Positions 1 to 15,010 of a DNA stretch of 64,000 nt are shown piece by piece. The translations under genes and the position numbers were made by a program. Below the pieces are notes generated by a model. It made no database searches and was not told the DNA's origin. It was given only the letters and a program-made list of their open reading frames with translations. Where the stretch lies: assembly GCA_964016885.1 (NCBI GenBank), contig OZ024759.1, positions 15,376,001 to 15,440,000 of the forward strand, read 5' to 3'. The stretch's first letter is position 1. Each line of letters opens with the position of its first letter. Source of the stretch: Eledone cirrhosa. Taxonomy: Eukaryota.

Positions 1-1190
<1,190 letters not shown>

Positions 1191-1759
1191 AAAACAAGGG
1201 GAAGAAGAATACTGCATGGTTGCACATGGATTACATATTATAAAATTAGTCCCTCATCAGTGATTTTGCCAACCATCATTGGTATTTCATCGCATTAAAA
1301 ATCAAATACCTCAGGTTGGTGCGAGCAATAACCAAAATAAGATATTCGGACAAGTGAAACGCGTAAAGCGAGTGAGACAAGTAAACAACAGAAGGAAAAG
1401 CAAACTGAAGGTTGGAAAACAGCAAGCCACATGGTAGTTATCCGATCAGCATAATCTGGGTGAATTTCATGAGCGGTCAGAGAAGCAGACCGTACGCCGT
1501 GAGTGCGGTGTGAGAAAGAAGGAATCCCACTAGTAGCGAAAAGGAGGAAGTGAGAAGGGGAGAAACAGATATCTATATACATATATATATATATTTGTGT
1601 TGTCATTTACATATATATGTGTGTATATTTAAATTTTAAAAATAGTGGCATAAATACATTCATATATAGATACATACATACATACGTAAATATATATTTA
1701 TATTTATATATATATGTGAGTGTGTGTGTCTGTTCGTATATACAGACAAACATACATGT

Positions 1760-1846
1760 ATATACATACATACATACATACAGGTATATAAATTTGTGTG
1801 GATGTGTGTCTGTATTTGTGCAGAGACAGTATATGATAAAGTTATA

Positions 1847-1885
<39 letters not shown>

Positions 1886-1918
1886 GTAGGTAGGTAGGTA
1901 GGTAGGTAGGTAGGTAGG

Positions 1919-1980
<62 letters not shown>

Positions 1981-2700
1981 TGTGTTTGTGCAGAGACAGT
2001 ATATGATAAAGTTATATCTGTATATATACATACAAGTATATATATTTGTGCGTCTGTGTGTGTGTGAGTGAGTGTATTTGTGCAGAAACAGTATATGATA
2101 AAGTTATAACTGTATATAAAGTTATATCTGTATATATATATATACATACAGGTATATATATTTGTGCGGGTGTGTGTGAGTGTATTTGTGCAGAAACAGT
2201 ATATGATAAAGTTATATCTGTATATAAAGTTATATCTGTATATAAAGTTATATCTGTATATATACATGCAGGTATATTTATTTGTGCGGGTGTGTGTGTG
2301 TGTGAGTGTATTTGTGCAGAGTCAGTATATGATAAAGTTATATCTCTATATATATACAACGAAGGAAATGTGGAAAGGAACCAGGTGGACCATAACGCAC
2401 CAAAGTACTCAATACTTGAGGTAGTAGAGTGGGTAATAGGAACCAGTAAGACCCCGACAGCTGAGCTCAAGCCGTTTCGACGGCTAATTCTGGACCCAGA
2501 ATTAGCCGTCGAAACGGCTTGTGCTCAGCTGTCGGGGTCTTACTGGTTCCTATATATATATACATACAGGTATATATATGTGTTCGTGTGTGTGTGTGTG
2601 TGTGTGTGTGTGTTCGTGTGTGTGTGTGTGTGTGTGTATGAGAGTGAGTGTATTTGTGCATAGACAATATATGATAAAGTTGTATCTGTATATATAAAGA
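1760..2700. repeat. Degenerate minisatellite (core GTATTTGTGCAGAGACAGTATATGATAAAGTTATATCTG, ~6 copies) interleaved with (GT)n/(GGTA)n
   Basis: Core visible at ~1812, 1982, 2074, 2182, 2308, 2650. Confidence 0.85.
2358..2553. mobile_element. Fold-back element family C (copies also at 26422-26627, 43103-43281, 53210-53270, 61167-61361, 61402-61571)
   Basis: Shared AACGAAGGAAATGTGG...GGAACCAGTAAGACCCCGAC head. ~58-bp inverted arms 2436-2493/2496-2553. Contains a hammerhead-like 3' half GAAA-CGGCT..AGCYG-TC-GGGGTC. Flanked by (TA)n. Confidence 0.85.
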
Positions 2701-3222
2701 CATAAATTTAACATATTCTTCAATAGCTTAGCGAACAACTTAATATATATCTTAATTAGTTTCAATACGATGGCTAATGATATGCAAATTACTGTCCTAT
2801 TCAGGATAATTCTATAAGTGACAGGGTTTGTAATGACCGCAATTACCTATTTACTTGAGTGTGTTTAGATATTATAAACGCCTTCAGTTAAAAACCCAAT
2901 TATACTTTAAAACAGTTAAAGGTATTTTGGCTATTTTTCAATTTGTCTAACATATTTAAATCTCGATGCATTGAAATTAAATAAAGTTATACACATGTAT
3001 ACTAAGTATCAGTTAATTCTATTCTGTGTATATATAATTCTATTCTGTGTATATACAGATATATATGTATATACATGTTGATATACAGGTACACATATAT
3101 ATATATATATATTAATAATAATAAATGTGAAGACTAAAGTCCAAAGAGGGATCGATAAAGATAAATATATATCAAATATATAAGAACCATAGAGCAATTA
3201 TTTATTATTATTTAGTCTGCTA

Positions 3223-3291
<69 letters not shown>

Positions 3292-3312
3292 TATAATAAT
3301 ATATATATATAA

Positions 3313-4173
3313 TCTATATATATAAAACTGTGGTTGTCTGTCTGTCTATCGATTTTTGGCACACATCTCCTCTTAGAATCTCTCACGGAATTGCACCGAA
3401 ATTACTATACTTGTACATTGAGCCCTAGCGAAGACATCGGAAAAAAGAAATTTCAAATTGACCCACCCTATGTGACGAAATCGAATATAATGTATCGATT
3501 TTTGAGCGTAAGTTATCAGTTATTTCCCTTTGTTCTGTTTACATTGAGCGTCTTACGTAAAAAATTACGCTGGCTTTAACAGTTGTCGAGCCAGCAAAAT
3601 ATTGACCTGCAAAATTCATCAGTTCGAACACTAAGCTTCCGTTTTGCTTCATTTCCATTTAAAAGCATTTTAAAACAATATTTTTACTTGAAAACAAGTC
3701 TATTTAAAGACTACGTAAAACAAGCAAATATTTCGTCGTTAGGCGTGCAGACAGACAGTCGTGCAGAGAGGTGATATAGGCGTGCAGACAGACAGTCGTG
3801 CAGAGAGGTGATATAGGCGTGCAGACAGACAGTCGTGCAGAGAGGTGATATAGGCGTGCAGACAGACATAACTGATAATTTGGTTACGCTAATGTTTTTC
3901 TCTGCGTTGCAGTGTTTACATTTTCGATCTTTGTTAATAAATAACCAGTGCAGTTTCTATCCCCAGCATCCTCTTTTGTTATAACATTCTGGTTATCGTT
4001 ATGTTTTCTTAACTTCATAAGGCATATTGTTGGTTGAGGGAATATTAATCAAAAACACCACATGCAAGTCTGCACAGTAGACACTACAGTTTTTAAGCCA
4101 AGAAAGAAACTTAACATTGTAACTTTAACACAGCTACTGAGCGATCCCGAGCAACGCCGGGCTTTACTGCTAG
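3313..4173 (+). mobile_element. Non-autonomous Helitron-like element
   Basis: Starts A|TC (tctatatatataaaa). Ends with GC hairpin CCCGAGCAACGCCGGG then CTAG|T. Internal 37-bp minisatellite. Confidence 0.8.
3741..3868. repeat. 37-bp tandem repeat (~3.5 copies) inside the Helitron
   Basis: AGGCGTGCAGACAGACAGTCGTGCAGAGAGGTGATAT at 3741, 3778, 3815, partial 3852. Confidence 0.95.
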
Positions 4174-4557
4174 TATATTATAAAAACAGATTAAAGTTTA
4201 AGCAAAGAATCGCCGTTAACGCGATCTTGTGAAACTAAAAAAAAATAATCTGTGGACGCAGAATTAAATATTTTCAAACAATGTATGTCATTAAACTGCC
4301 TCCAGTGGCACGGCTCCAGTTCGGCAAGTCAGGAGCTGCGGGGACTGTGGAGTTACCCCTTAGTTGTTATCAATCCCATGTCTGCTCTGGAACGGAGTAG
4401 TAGTACCTGTTAGGGCCCCGTGTATGGGTTAAATAATTACCTTACTTGAGTGACGTCGGTAAGATATTATCAGCCATTGAAAAGAAACATGATCTCGGGA
4501 AATTTTAACAGCGCTATATGTAAAAAGGAGTTAAATCATGAAATAGCTACAAAAGAT

Positions 4558-4593
4558 TCTTAATGTTTCGGACAATAGTTCTTCATCCGAAAA
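4558..4593 (-). ncRNA. Degenerate hammerhead motif
   Basis: Minus strand TTTT-CGGATGA-A-GAAC(tatt)GTCC-GAAA-CATT-AAGA. Core mutated. Confidence 0.5.
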
Positions 4594-4777
4594 TATAGTT
4601 AGAAATAATAGATAAAATATAAAGAGAAAGACTGTGAAGAGAAAATAGAACGGGGAAACATGATTAAAAAAGGGAAAGAAAACATACGTACAGATTCAGT
4701 CAGCCATTACACACACACATATATATATATTTATATAGTTATACTTGGGGAGGGTCATAACTAATTCATCGCCGTTA

Positions 4778-4830
<53 letters not shown>

Positions 4831-4914
4831 AGTGTAACTTAGAGTTACTGTAGGTTCACCCGGGTAAGCACTTCTGTATCGAGGTGTAGAGCTATACAGA
4901 GTGTATTATATTGA

Positions 4915-5008
4915 GAGGTTAACTTTGCCTTTCATCCTTATGGGGTCGATAAAATAAAGTACCAGTAATGTACTGGGTATTTGCTGGCCTTGTGCCAATA
5001 GTAGAAAC

Positions 5009-5012
<4 letters not shown>
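4915..5012 (+). mobile_element. SINE family 1 fragment (central/3' domain)
   Basis: GAGGTTAACTTTGCCTTTCATCCTTAYGGGGTCGATAAAATAAAGTACCAG shared with ~10 other copies. Confidence 0.8.
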
Positions 5013-5050
<38 letters not shown>

Positions 5051-5410
5051 TTGATAGGTTTACAAATGTATGTTATTTAACTAACTAATTCAGTAAAAGG
5101 TAGGGATTATATATATTCAGTATAATAAAACATTATTAAATATATTATATCTTCAGAAGCAATATAAATGGTTATATAATGACCTGGGATTCCACAAGAT
5201 CAAAAGGAAAATATGTGTATATACGAATATATATATATATATATGGGGGCGGGGTTCTCGGGTTCAATCGGGGGCAAAAATAGTAAGTACGTTACTGAAT
5301 ACGTAGCAGAGTAGATACACTATTTAATATAGAAATGTCTTCTACGGAAATCATCATTAAAGAATGATTTCCTTTGAATGAAACAGTTCTAGTCTTGTAG
5401 AAGACATTAC

Positions 5411-5446
<36 letters not shown>

Positions 5447-5449
<3 letters not shown>

Positions 5450-7645
5450 AGTATAGACATAGAATATTCGAAAATATTCTGTATGTTTATAATAAACATT
5501 TTGAAGACCTAATCGCTATAGAATAGAATACGTCACGTATTACAATTAGATTCTCGATAAAAGCAAGGGAAGTAATCTACGCGTTTCATTCTTGTTAGAA
5601 TTCATCAGGACTACATATCCAGTGCTTTTATCGAGAATGACACAGCTAGAGACTTATAGAATACTTAGCTGTGTACTGGAACTGGTTTGAAAGAGCGGTT
5701 GCCGGTCCGGCAGAAATTAGAAATTGGAATAAATGCTCTGAAATAGCGATATATATGTGAGTATAGACATAGAATATTCGAAAATATTCTGTATGTTTAT
5801 AATAAACATTTTGAAGACCTAATCGCTATAGAATAGAATACGTCACGTATTACAATTAGATTCTCGATAAAAGCAAGGGAAGTAATCTACGCGTTTCATT
5901 CTTGTTAGAATTCATCAGGACTACATATCCAGTGCTTTTATCGAGAATGACACAGCTAGAGACTTATAGAATACTTAGCTGTGTACTGGAACTGGTTTGA
6001 AAGAGCGGTTGCCGGTCCGGCAGAAATTAGAAATTGGAATAAATGCTCTGAAATAGCGATATATATGTGAGTATAGACATAGAATATTCGAAAATATTCT
6101 GTATGTTTATAATAAACATTTTGAAGACCTAATCGCTATAGAATAGAATACGTCACGTATTACAATTAGATTCTCGATAAAAGCAAGGGAAGTAATCTAC
6201 GCGTTTCATTCTTGTTAGAATTCATCAGGACTACATATCCAGTGCTTTTATCGAGAATGACACAGCTAGAGACTTATAGAATACTTAGCTGTGTACTGGA
6301 ACTGGTTTGAAAGAGCGGTTGCCGGTCCGGCAGAAATTAGAAATTGGAATAAATGCTCTGAAATAGCGATATATATGTGAGTATAGACATAGAATATTCG
6401 AAAATATTCTGTATGTTTATAATAAACATTTTGAAGACCTAATCGCTATAGAATAGAATACGTCACGTATTACAATTAGATTCTCGATAAAAGCAAGGGA
6501 AGTAATCTACGCGTTTCATTCTTGTTAGAATTCATCAGGACTACATATCCAGTGCTTTTATCGAGAATGACACAGCTAGAGACTTATAGAATACTTAGCT
6601 GTGTACTGGAACTGGTTTGAAAGAGCGGTTGCCGGTCCGGCAGAAATTAGAAATTGGAATAAATGCTCTGAAATAGCGATATATATGTGAGTATAGACAT
6701 AGAATATTCGAAAATATTCTGTATGTTTATAATAAACATTTTGAAGACCTAATCGCTATAGAATAGAATACGTCACGTATTACAATTAGATTCTCGATAA
6801 AAGCAAGGGAAGTAATCTACGCGTTTCATTCTTGTTAGAATTCATCAGGACTACATATCCAGTGCTTTTATCGAGAATGACACAGCTAGAGACTTATAGA
6901 ATACTTAGCTGTGTACTGGAACTGGTTTGAAAGAGCGGTTGCCGGTCCGGCAGAAATTAGAAATTGGAATAAATGCTCTGAAATAGCGATATATATGTGA
7001 GTATAGACATAGAATATTCGAAAATATTCTGTATGTTTATAATAAACATTTTGAAGACCTAATCGCTATAGAATAGAATACGTCACGTATTACAATTAGA
7101 TTCTCGATAAAAGCAAGGGAAGTAATCTACGCGTTTCATTCTTGTTAGAATTCATCAGGACTACATATCCAGTGCTTTTATCGAGAATGACACAGCTAGA
7201 GACTTATAGAATACTTAGCTGTGTACTGGAACTGGTTTGAAAGAGCGGTTGCCGGTCCGGCAGAAATTAGAAATTGGAATAAATGCTCTGAAATAGCGAT
7301 ATATATGTGAGTATAGACATAGAATATTCGAAAATATTCTGTATGTTTATAATAAACATTTTGAAGACCTAATCGCTATAGAATAGAATACGTCACGTAT
7401 TACAATTAGATTCTCGATAAAAGCAAGGGAAGTAATCTACGCGTTTCATTCTTGTTAGAATTCATCAGGACTACATATCCAGTGCTTTTATCGAGAATGA
7501 CACAGCTAGAGACTTATAGAATACTTAGCTGTGTACTGGAACTGGTTTGAAAGAGCGGTTGCCGGTCCGGCAGAAATTAGAAATTGGAATAAATGCTCTG
7601 AAATAGCGATATATATGTGAGTATAGACATAGAATATTCGAAAAT
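5447..7645 (-). mobile_element. Retrozyme-like array, left arm: 7 apparently identical 310-bp monomers plus a partial, each with an HHR on the minus strand
   Basis: Period 310 (GTGAGT at 5447, 5757, 6067, 6377, 6687, 6997, 7307, 7617). HHR at 5572-5614 + n*310. Confidence 0.93.
5572..5614 (-). ncRNA. Minimal type I hammerhead ribozyme (7 copies at +310 intervals, last at 7432-7474)
   Basis: Exact reverse complement of the 7886-7928 motif. Confidence 0.93.
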
Positions 7646-9941
7646 TGTAATACGTGACGTATTCTATTCTATAGCGATTAGGTCTTCAAAATGTTTATTA
7701 TAAACATACAGAATATTTTCGAATATTCTATGTCTATACTCACATATATATCGCTATTTCAGAGCATTTATTCCAATTTCTAATTTCTGCCGGACCGGCA
7801 ACCGCTCTTTCAAACCAGTTCCAGTACACAGCTAAGTATTCTATAAGTCTCTAGCTGTGTCATTCTCGATAAAAGCACTGGATATGTAGTCCTGATGAAT
7901 TCTAACAAGAATGAAACGCGTAGATTACTTCCCTTGCTTTTATCGAGAATCTAATTGTAATACGTGACGTATTCTATTCTATAGCGATTAGGTCTTCAAA
8001 ATGTTTATTATAAACATACAGAATATTTTCGAATATTCTATGTCTATACTCACATATATATCGCTATTTCAGAGCATTTATTCCAATTTCTAATTTCTGC
8101 CGGACCGGCAACCGCTCTTTCAAACCAGTTCCAGTACACAGCTAAGTATTCTATAAGTCTCTAGCTGTGTCATTCTCGATAAAAGCACTGGATATGTAGT
8201 CCTGATGAATTCTAACAAGAATGAAACGCGTAGATTACTTCCCTTGCTTTTATCGAGAATCTAATTGTAATACGTGACGTATTCTATTCTATAGCGATTA
8301 GGTCTTCAAAATGTTTATTATAAACATACAGAATATTTTCGAATATTCTATGTCTATACTCACATATATATCGCTATTTCAGAGCATTTATTCCAATTTC
8401 TAATTTCTGCCGGACCGGCAACCGCTCTTTCAAACCAGTTCCAGTACACAGCTAAGTATTCTATAAGTCTCTAGCTGTGTCATTCTCGATAAAAGCACTG
8501 GATATGTAGTCCTGATGAATTCTAACAAGAATGAAACGCGTAGATTACTTCCCTTGCTTTTATCGAGAATCTAATTGTAATACGTGACGTATTCTATTCT
8601 ATAGCGATTAGGTCTTCAAAATGTTTATTATAAACATACAGAATATTTTCGAATATTCTATGTCTATACTCACATATATATCGCTATTTCAGAGCATTTA
8701 TTCCAATTTCTAATTTCTGCCGGACCGGCAACCGCTCTTTCAAACCAGTTCCAGTACACAGCTAAGTATTCTATAAGTCTCTAGCTGTGTCATTCTCGAT
8801 AAAAGCACTGGATATGTAGTCCTGATGAATTCTAACAAGAATGAAACGCGTAGATTACTTCCCTTGCTTTTATCGAGAATCTAATTGTAATACGTGACGT
8901 ATTCTATTCTATAGCGATTAGGTCTTCAAAATGTTTATTATAAACATACAGAATATTTTCGAATATTCTATGTCTATACTCACATATATATCGCTATTTC
9001 AGAGCATTTATTCCAATTTCTAATTTCTGCCGGACCGGCAACCGCTCTTTCAAACCAGTTCCAGTACACAGCTAAGTATTCTATAAGTCTCTAGCTGTGT
9101 CATTCTCGATAAAAGCACTGGATATGTAGTCCTGATGAATTCTAACAAGAATGAAACGCGTAGATTACTTCCCTTGCTTTTATCGAGAATCTAATTGTAA
9201 TACGTGACGTATTCTATTCTATAGCGATTAGGTCTTCAAAATGTTTATTATAAACATACAGAATATTTTCGAATATTCTATGTCTATACTCACATATATA
9301 TCGCTATTTCAGAGCATTTATTCCAATTTCTAATTTCTGCCGGACCGGCAACCGCTCTTTCAAACCAGTTCCAGTACACAGCTAAGTATTCTATAAGTCT
9401 CTAGCTGTGTCATTCTCGATAAAAGCACTGGATATGTAGTCCTGATGAATTCTAACAAGAATGAAACGCGTAGATTACTTCCCTTGCTTTTATCGAGAAT
9501 CTAATTGTAATACGTGACGTATTCTATTCTATAGCGATTAGGTCTTCAAAATGTTTATTATAAACATACAGAATATTTTCGAATATTCTATGTCTATACT
9601 CACATATATATCGCTATTTCAGAGCATTTATTCCAATTTCTAATTTCTGCCGGACCGGCAACCGCTCTTTCAAACCAGTTCCAGTACACAGCTAAGTATT
9701 CTATAAGTCTCTAGCTGTGTCATTCTCGATAAAAGCACTGGATATGTAGTCCTGATGAATTCTAACAAGAATGAAACGCGTAGATTACTTCCCTTGCTTT
9801 TATCGAGAATCTAATTGTAATACGTGACGTATTCTATTCTATAGCGATTAGGTCTTCAAAATGTTTATTATAAACATACAGAATATTTTCGAATATTCTA
9901 TGTCTATACTCACATATATATCGCTATTTCAGAGCATTTAT

Positions 9942-9946
<5 letters not shown>
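7646..9946 (+). mobile_element. Retrozyme-like array, right arm: ~7.4 inverted copies of the same 310-bp monomer
   Basis: Reverse complement of the left-arm unit. Junction at 7643-7645 through AAT microhomology. Ends in (TA)n. Confidence 0.93.
7886..7928 (+). ncRNA. Minimal type I hammerhead ribozyme (also at 8196, 8506, 8816, 9126, 9436, 9746)
   Basis: GTAGTC-CTGATGA-ATTCT(aaca)AGAAT-GAAA-CGCG-TA-GATTAC. Intact core, GUA site, palindromic ACGCGT stem III, distal 16-bp stem ATTCTCGATAAAAGCA/TGCTTTTATCGAGAAT. Confidence 0.93.
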
Positions 9947-9991
<45 letters not shown>

Positions 9992-10098
9992 GTATATATA
10001 TGCATATATATATATATATATATGCATATATATATATATGCATATATATATATATATGCATATATATATATATATATATATATGCATATATATATATA

Positions 10099-10565
<467 letters not shown>

Positions 10566-10629
10566 TATATATATATATATATATGCATATATATATATAT
10601 ATATATATATTAACATATTTATATATACA

Positions 10630-10667
<38 letters not shown>

Positions 10668-10735
10668 CATATTTATATATACATCTATATATATATACAT
10701 CTATATATATATATATATATATATATTAACATATT

Positions 10736-10788
<53 letters not shown>

Positions 10789-10794
10789 CATATT

Positions 10795-10826
<32 letters not shown>

Positions 10827-10835
10827 TAACATATT

Positions 10836-10874
<39 letters not shown>

Positions 10875-10880
10875 CATATT

Positions 10881-10923
<43 letters not shown>

Positions 10924-10966
10924 CATATTTATATATAATATATATATATATATATATTAACATATT

Positions 10967-11080
<114 letters not shown>

Positions 11081-11564
11081 AGTAATGATAAAAATAACTC
11101 ACTCGTCCAATAGAAAGCTATTTATATAAATATATTATATATGCTTGTTTGAGTATGTGTAATGCATGTGTCTACGTTTGTGCATTAGAAAGTGAATTAT
11201 CCTGCCCGTGTTAATGAAATCTTTGTATTTGTCATTAAATATTCAGTTTCTGTCATGTCAAGGATTTATAATGCATACTCTAACATCTGAAGGAAGTAGC
11301 ATTGTTAAAAGCTTCATTTCAAGTAGGTATAAGTTGAATAAATGCCTCCTAAATTGTCTCTTCATATTCGCATTGGTATTTGACAAAAGCTTAATAGTCA
11401 CTTCAGCTGCTTTTCATTAAAACATATACTGTTACAATATATCATATAATAGGAAATAATAATCGTTCAAAGAAGAAAAACCATCACATGAAATTGTATG
11501 AATATGTGTACACACATATCTACAAGCATATATACATTACATAAATTATACTCAAATGTTTTGT

Positions 11565-11715
11565 AGCATAGAGTTACGGCCCTTTATGAACTGAGGTGAA
11601 ATCCCGTCGAGGTTAAGATTGCCTTTCATCTTTACGGGCACAGGGTCGATAAAATAAAGTACCAGTAATGTACTGGGGTTAATTGCTGACCTTGTGCCAA
11701 AAGTAGAAACTATTA
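11565..11715 (+). mobile_element. SINE family 1 copy
   Basis: B-box-like GTGAAATCC plus the shared GCCTTTCATC..GGGTCGATAAAATAAAGTACCAG domain. Confidence 0.8.
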
Positions 11716-11929
11716 TTTATACTCACACACGTACATGAGTATATATGTCTCTATGTAAGAGTAAAAACACCTTCGGTCACGAATGATCATGTGATTTGTA
11801 CCAAGAAAGTTCCCCTCCAAGGGACAAGCTGTTTGTGAAAATCAAGCAGTGGCCCATGAATACCCAGTTTTCCATATCCAAATTGATTATACTTTGTAAT
11901 TGTTGAAAGCTACCCAACCTAGATCGATT

Positions 11930-12112
11930 TGATATTGGTGGTAAGAGAAGGAAAGGCTGGCAGCTAAAACGATGGCTTGACAATGACAACTTATGGAATG
12001 GACTTGATCTTCGCTCTTTGAACTCTGCTGCTGGTGATCGAACTTTGTGGAGAGAGATATCACATGTTAATGCGTACTCTGCAACTGGCCGAGTTCAGCG
12101 TCACAAGAAGAA
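11930..12112 (+). pseudogene. 3' end fragment of an RTE-type LINE
   Basis: Translates GGKRRKGWQLKRWLDNDNLWNGLDLRSLNSAAGDRTLWREI, matching the typical RTE C-terminal G.R..GR..KRW.D...DR..WR pattern. Short AAG tail. Confidence 0.65.
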
Positions 12113-12219
12113 TATAGTTTATACTCTATGTATAGATGAAATATGATGTTTTCCACGAGGAAAACAAAGGCCCATACTCCTTGGTAATAGTCACGTCACA
12201 ATTCATATACCCTCTATAT

Positions 12220-12544
12220 CAGGGTCCCCAACTTTTGGGGTCCGCGGGCCGGATAGCCATGCAGCGGCGGTTCCGCGGGCCGGATGCGCGATTAATACTA
12301 CATATATACAAATAAGTAATCATTTATTTATCTCTTATGTTAGATTTGAAACAAAATTCAATATTGATACTTAGAGCTGTCCCAAGCAGAAAAATACATT
12401 TAAACATTGTTTTAGTCGGCAATATCGATAGACAGGGTGCAAATTTATTGAAAACTGTACCCTTTTTAGAACGCTCGCGGGCATAATAAAGGCCTTCGCG
12501 GGTCAGATTGAAACCCTTCGCGGGCCGGGGGTTGGGGACCCCTG
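12220..12544. mobile_element. hAT (Charlie-like) MITE
   Basis: TIRs CAGGGTCCCCAAC / GTTGGGGACCCCTG, repeated subterminal CGCGGGCC motifs, left flank CTCTATAT with a (CT)-expanded match on the right. Confidence 0.8.
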
Positions 12545-12545
12545 T

Positions 12546-12577
<32 letters not shown>

Positions 12578-12737
12578 CTATATACTCTATGTATACACTA
12601 TCTCCGAGGAAAGGCAAAGGCCGATGCAGCTTGGTACCAGTGGCGTCACAACTCATTTCTATAGCTGATAGAACTGGAGCAACGATACTGCTTGGTAATA
12701 GTGACGTCGCAATTCATATATACACTATATATATATA

Positions 12738-12877
12738 ATTGTTTCTACTTTGGGCACAAGGCCAGCAATTACCCCAGTGCATTACTGGTACTTTATTCTA
12801 TCGACCCCGTAAGGATGAAAGATAAAGTTAACCTCGGCGGGATTTGAACTCAGATCGTAAAGGGCCGTAACTCTATT
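12738..12877 (-). mobile_element. SINE family 1 copy
   Basis: Reverse complement of the family 1 consensus including B box GAGTTCAAATCCC. Confidence 0.85.
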
Positions 12878-12919
12878 AATACTCTATGTACACACTATCT
12901 CTGATATTGTCCACGTAAA

Positions 12920-13100
12920 GCCAAAGGCCGATGCAGCTTGGTACCAGTGGCGTCACAACTCATTTGTACAGCTGAGAGAACAGGAACAACGTGAAATAAA
13001 GCGTCGTCCAGCTCCTGGACACAACGCATCGACCGGCTCGAGAATCGAACCCACAATTACGCGATTGTACACCCAATGCTCTAAGCAATGCGTCTTCCCC
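12920..13100 (-). mobile_element. SINE family 2 (tRNA head, CORE-like), degenerate
   Basis: Minus strand GGTTCGATTCTC...GATGCGTTGTGTCC...TTTATTTCACGTTGTTC. Homologous to 60300-60455. Confidence 0.65.
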
Positions 13101-14007
13101 TAACACATAGAAACATGCTAAGTAGGCGTAAACGTTAATCGATGATGAGGATGGATAATGGATCCATAATGTCAATCGAAGAATCCCGATTGCTCCTGCC
13201 TATAATACACGGTACGGGCGTAACTAGGAAATCTCAATAGTAAAATAAATCTTTCATCGGCAGAGAAACCATTTAAAAACAAAGCTCTATCATACTGAAA
13301 TCCAGAGAAGGAAGCAAACACTAATCAACAAAGTTAATCATAATAAATCAAGAGATCAAGCCATAGAACAATATAAACACAAATGTTGTGCGACAATCTC
13401 AACATTCCCGATCTCCGTTAGAGTTATACAAACAATAAATACAATCTATTATATGGATTGGATATATATTAAATATTGTAGTTCAGATAAACGTGTTATT
13501 AAAATCGTCATAAATTAGCAAAGATAATGGATTACTACAGCAAACCAAAAATTAATATTAATAATATACAACAAAGACACTAAAATTTAAAACCCTTTGA
13601 CCAATAACGATGTAAACCCGAGAGCAAGCTATTAACGAGCAAAGTTATTTCTAAATATGATTGCAAACTTAGAAGTAGTAAACTTCAACTACACTATCAC
13701 GTATATTGCACATGTAGATTCGAAGTATTATAGCAAGATCAGCATGAACTTACAACTTGAAGTAATTTCAATGTATTAAACTATAAAACCCAGAGGAACA
13801 ACAGATGGTAAAACAGTAGCGAAGAGCATAGCAATAATATACAGAATTCTCCACAAAATAGATGAAAATTGGTGCAAAGAATACTCATTACAAAATACAC
13901 TTGCAAATTAAATACACCAGTTATATACAGTCATATATACACAACCCTTATCGAGTTCTCTTTGGATTTGATATTTGTATTTATTATATATATGTATATA
14001 ATATAAA

Positions 14008-14378
14008 GGCGGTGGATTGGCTGTATCCGTAGAGTCGAACACCATGCTTTGCAGCATAGAGATACGGCCCTTTACGGTCTGATTTCAAATCCTGCCGAAG
14101 TTAACTTTGCCTTTCATCTTTACGGGGTCGATACAATAAAGTACCAGTGATGCACAGGGGTAGATTCAATCGACCCCCCTCTCCAAAAAAAAAAGAATTT
14201 ACTGGCAATGTGCCTATACTAGAAATCATTATATATATGTATATAATAGAGTTACGGCCCTTTATGGTCTGAGTTCAATCCAAGGTTAATTTTGCCTTTT
14301 ATCCTTACGACGTCGATAGAATAAAGTACCAGTAATATACTGGTTGTTTGCTGGACTTGTCCCAAAAGTAGAAAGAAT
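14008..14378 (+). mobile_element. Two adjacent SINE family 1 copies (tRNA-derived head; central domain resembling the Meta-type SINE domain)
   Basis: GGCGGTGGATTGGC A-box-like start, TTCAAATCC B box, shared central domain. Second copy at 14248-14378. Confidence 0.8.
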
Positions 14379-14405
14379 GATATATATATTTATTTGCGGG
14401 CGCGC

Positions 14406-14760
14406 GTGTGGTGTGGTGTGGTGTGGTGTGGTGTGGTGTGGTGTGGTGTGGTGTGGTGTGGTGTGGTGTGGTGTGGTGTGGTGTGGTGTGGTGTGGTGTG
14501 GTGTGGTGTGATGTGATGTGATGTGATGTGATGTGATGTGATGTGATGTGATGTGATGTGATGTGGTGTGGTGTGGTGTGGTGTGGTGTGGTGTGGTGTG
14601 GTGTGGTGTGGTGTGGTGTGATGTGGTGTGGTGTGGTGTGGTGTGGTGTGGTGTGATGTGATGTGATGTGGTGTGATGTGGTGTGGTGTGATGTGGTGTG
14701 GTGTGGTGTGGTGTGGAGTGGTGTGGTGTGGTGTGGTGTGGTGTGGTGTGGTGTGGTGTG
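14406..14760. repeat. (GTGTG)n/(GTGAT)n pentanucleotide microsatellite
   Basis: Direct reading; explains the HHTTP ORF. Confidence 0.97.
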
Positions 14761-14799
14761 TGTGTGTAACTATCAAATTAAGTGATAGTAGTAATTCTA

Positions 14800-15010
14800 T
14801 TGATGTATGACATACCTCAACGGTCTTGATGGTTCAATTCCAGTATTACTGCTAATACTGGAATTGAACCATCAAGACAGTTGAGGTATGCCATTCATCA
14901 ATTCATGTATTTTATCTGACGAGGACGTACTGAAAAACAACAGTACCTTCGAAATATATATAATAAAACATATATTTTGATTATATGAATGTCTTCATTT
15001 ATTAATATTC
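14800..15010 (+). mobile_element. Family A fold-back element with HHR at 14910-14968
   Basis: Hairpin ~14811-14890, then TTTTAT-CTGACGA-GGACGTACTG..CAGTACCTTC-GAAA-TATATA-TA-ATAAAA. Confidence 0.75.

Noticed and set aside
13290-13910. A-rich stretch vaguely like a decayed PLE ORF N-terminus
   Set aside because: No continuous frame or diagnostic motif confirmed by eye
14390-14776. His/Thr/Pro-rich protein
   Set aside because: Pentanucleotide microsatellite
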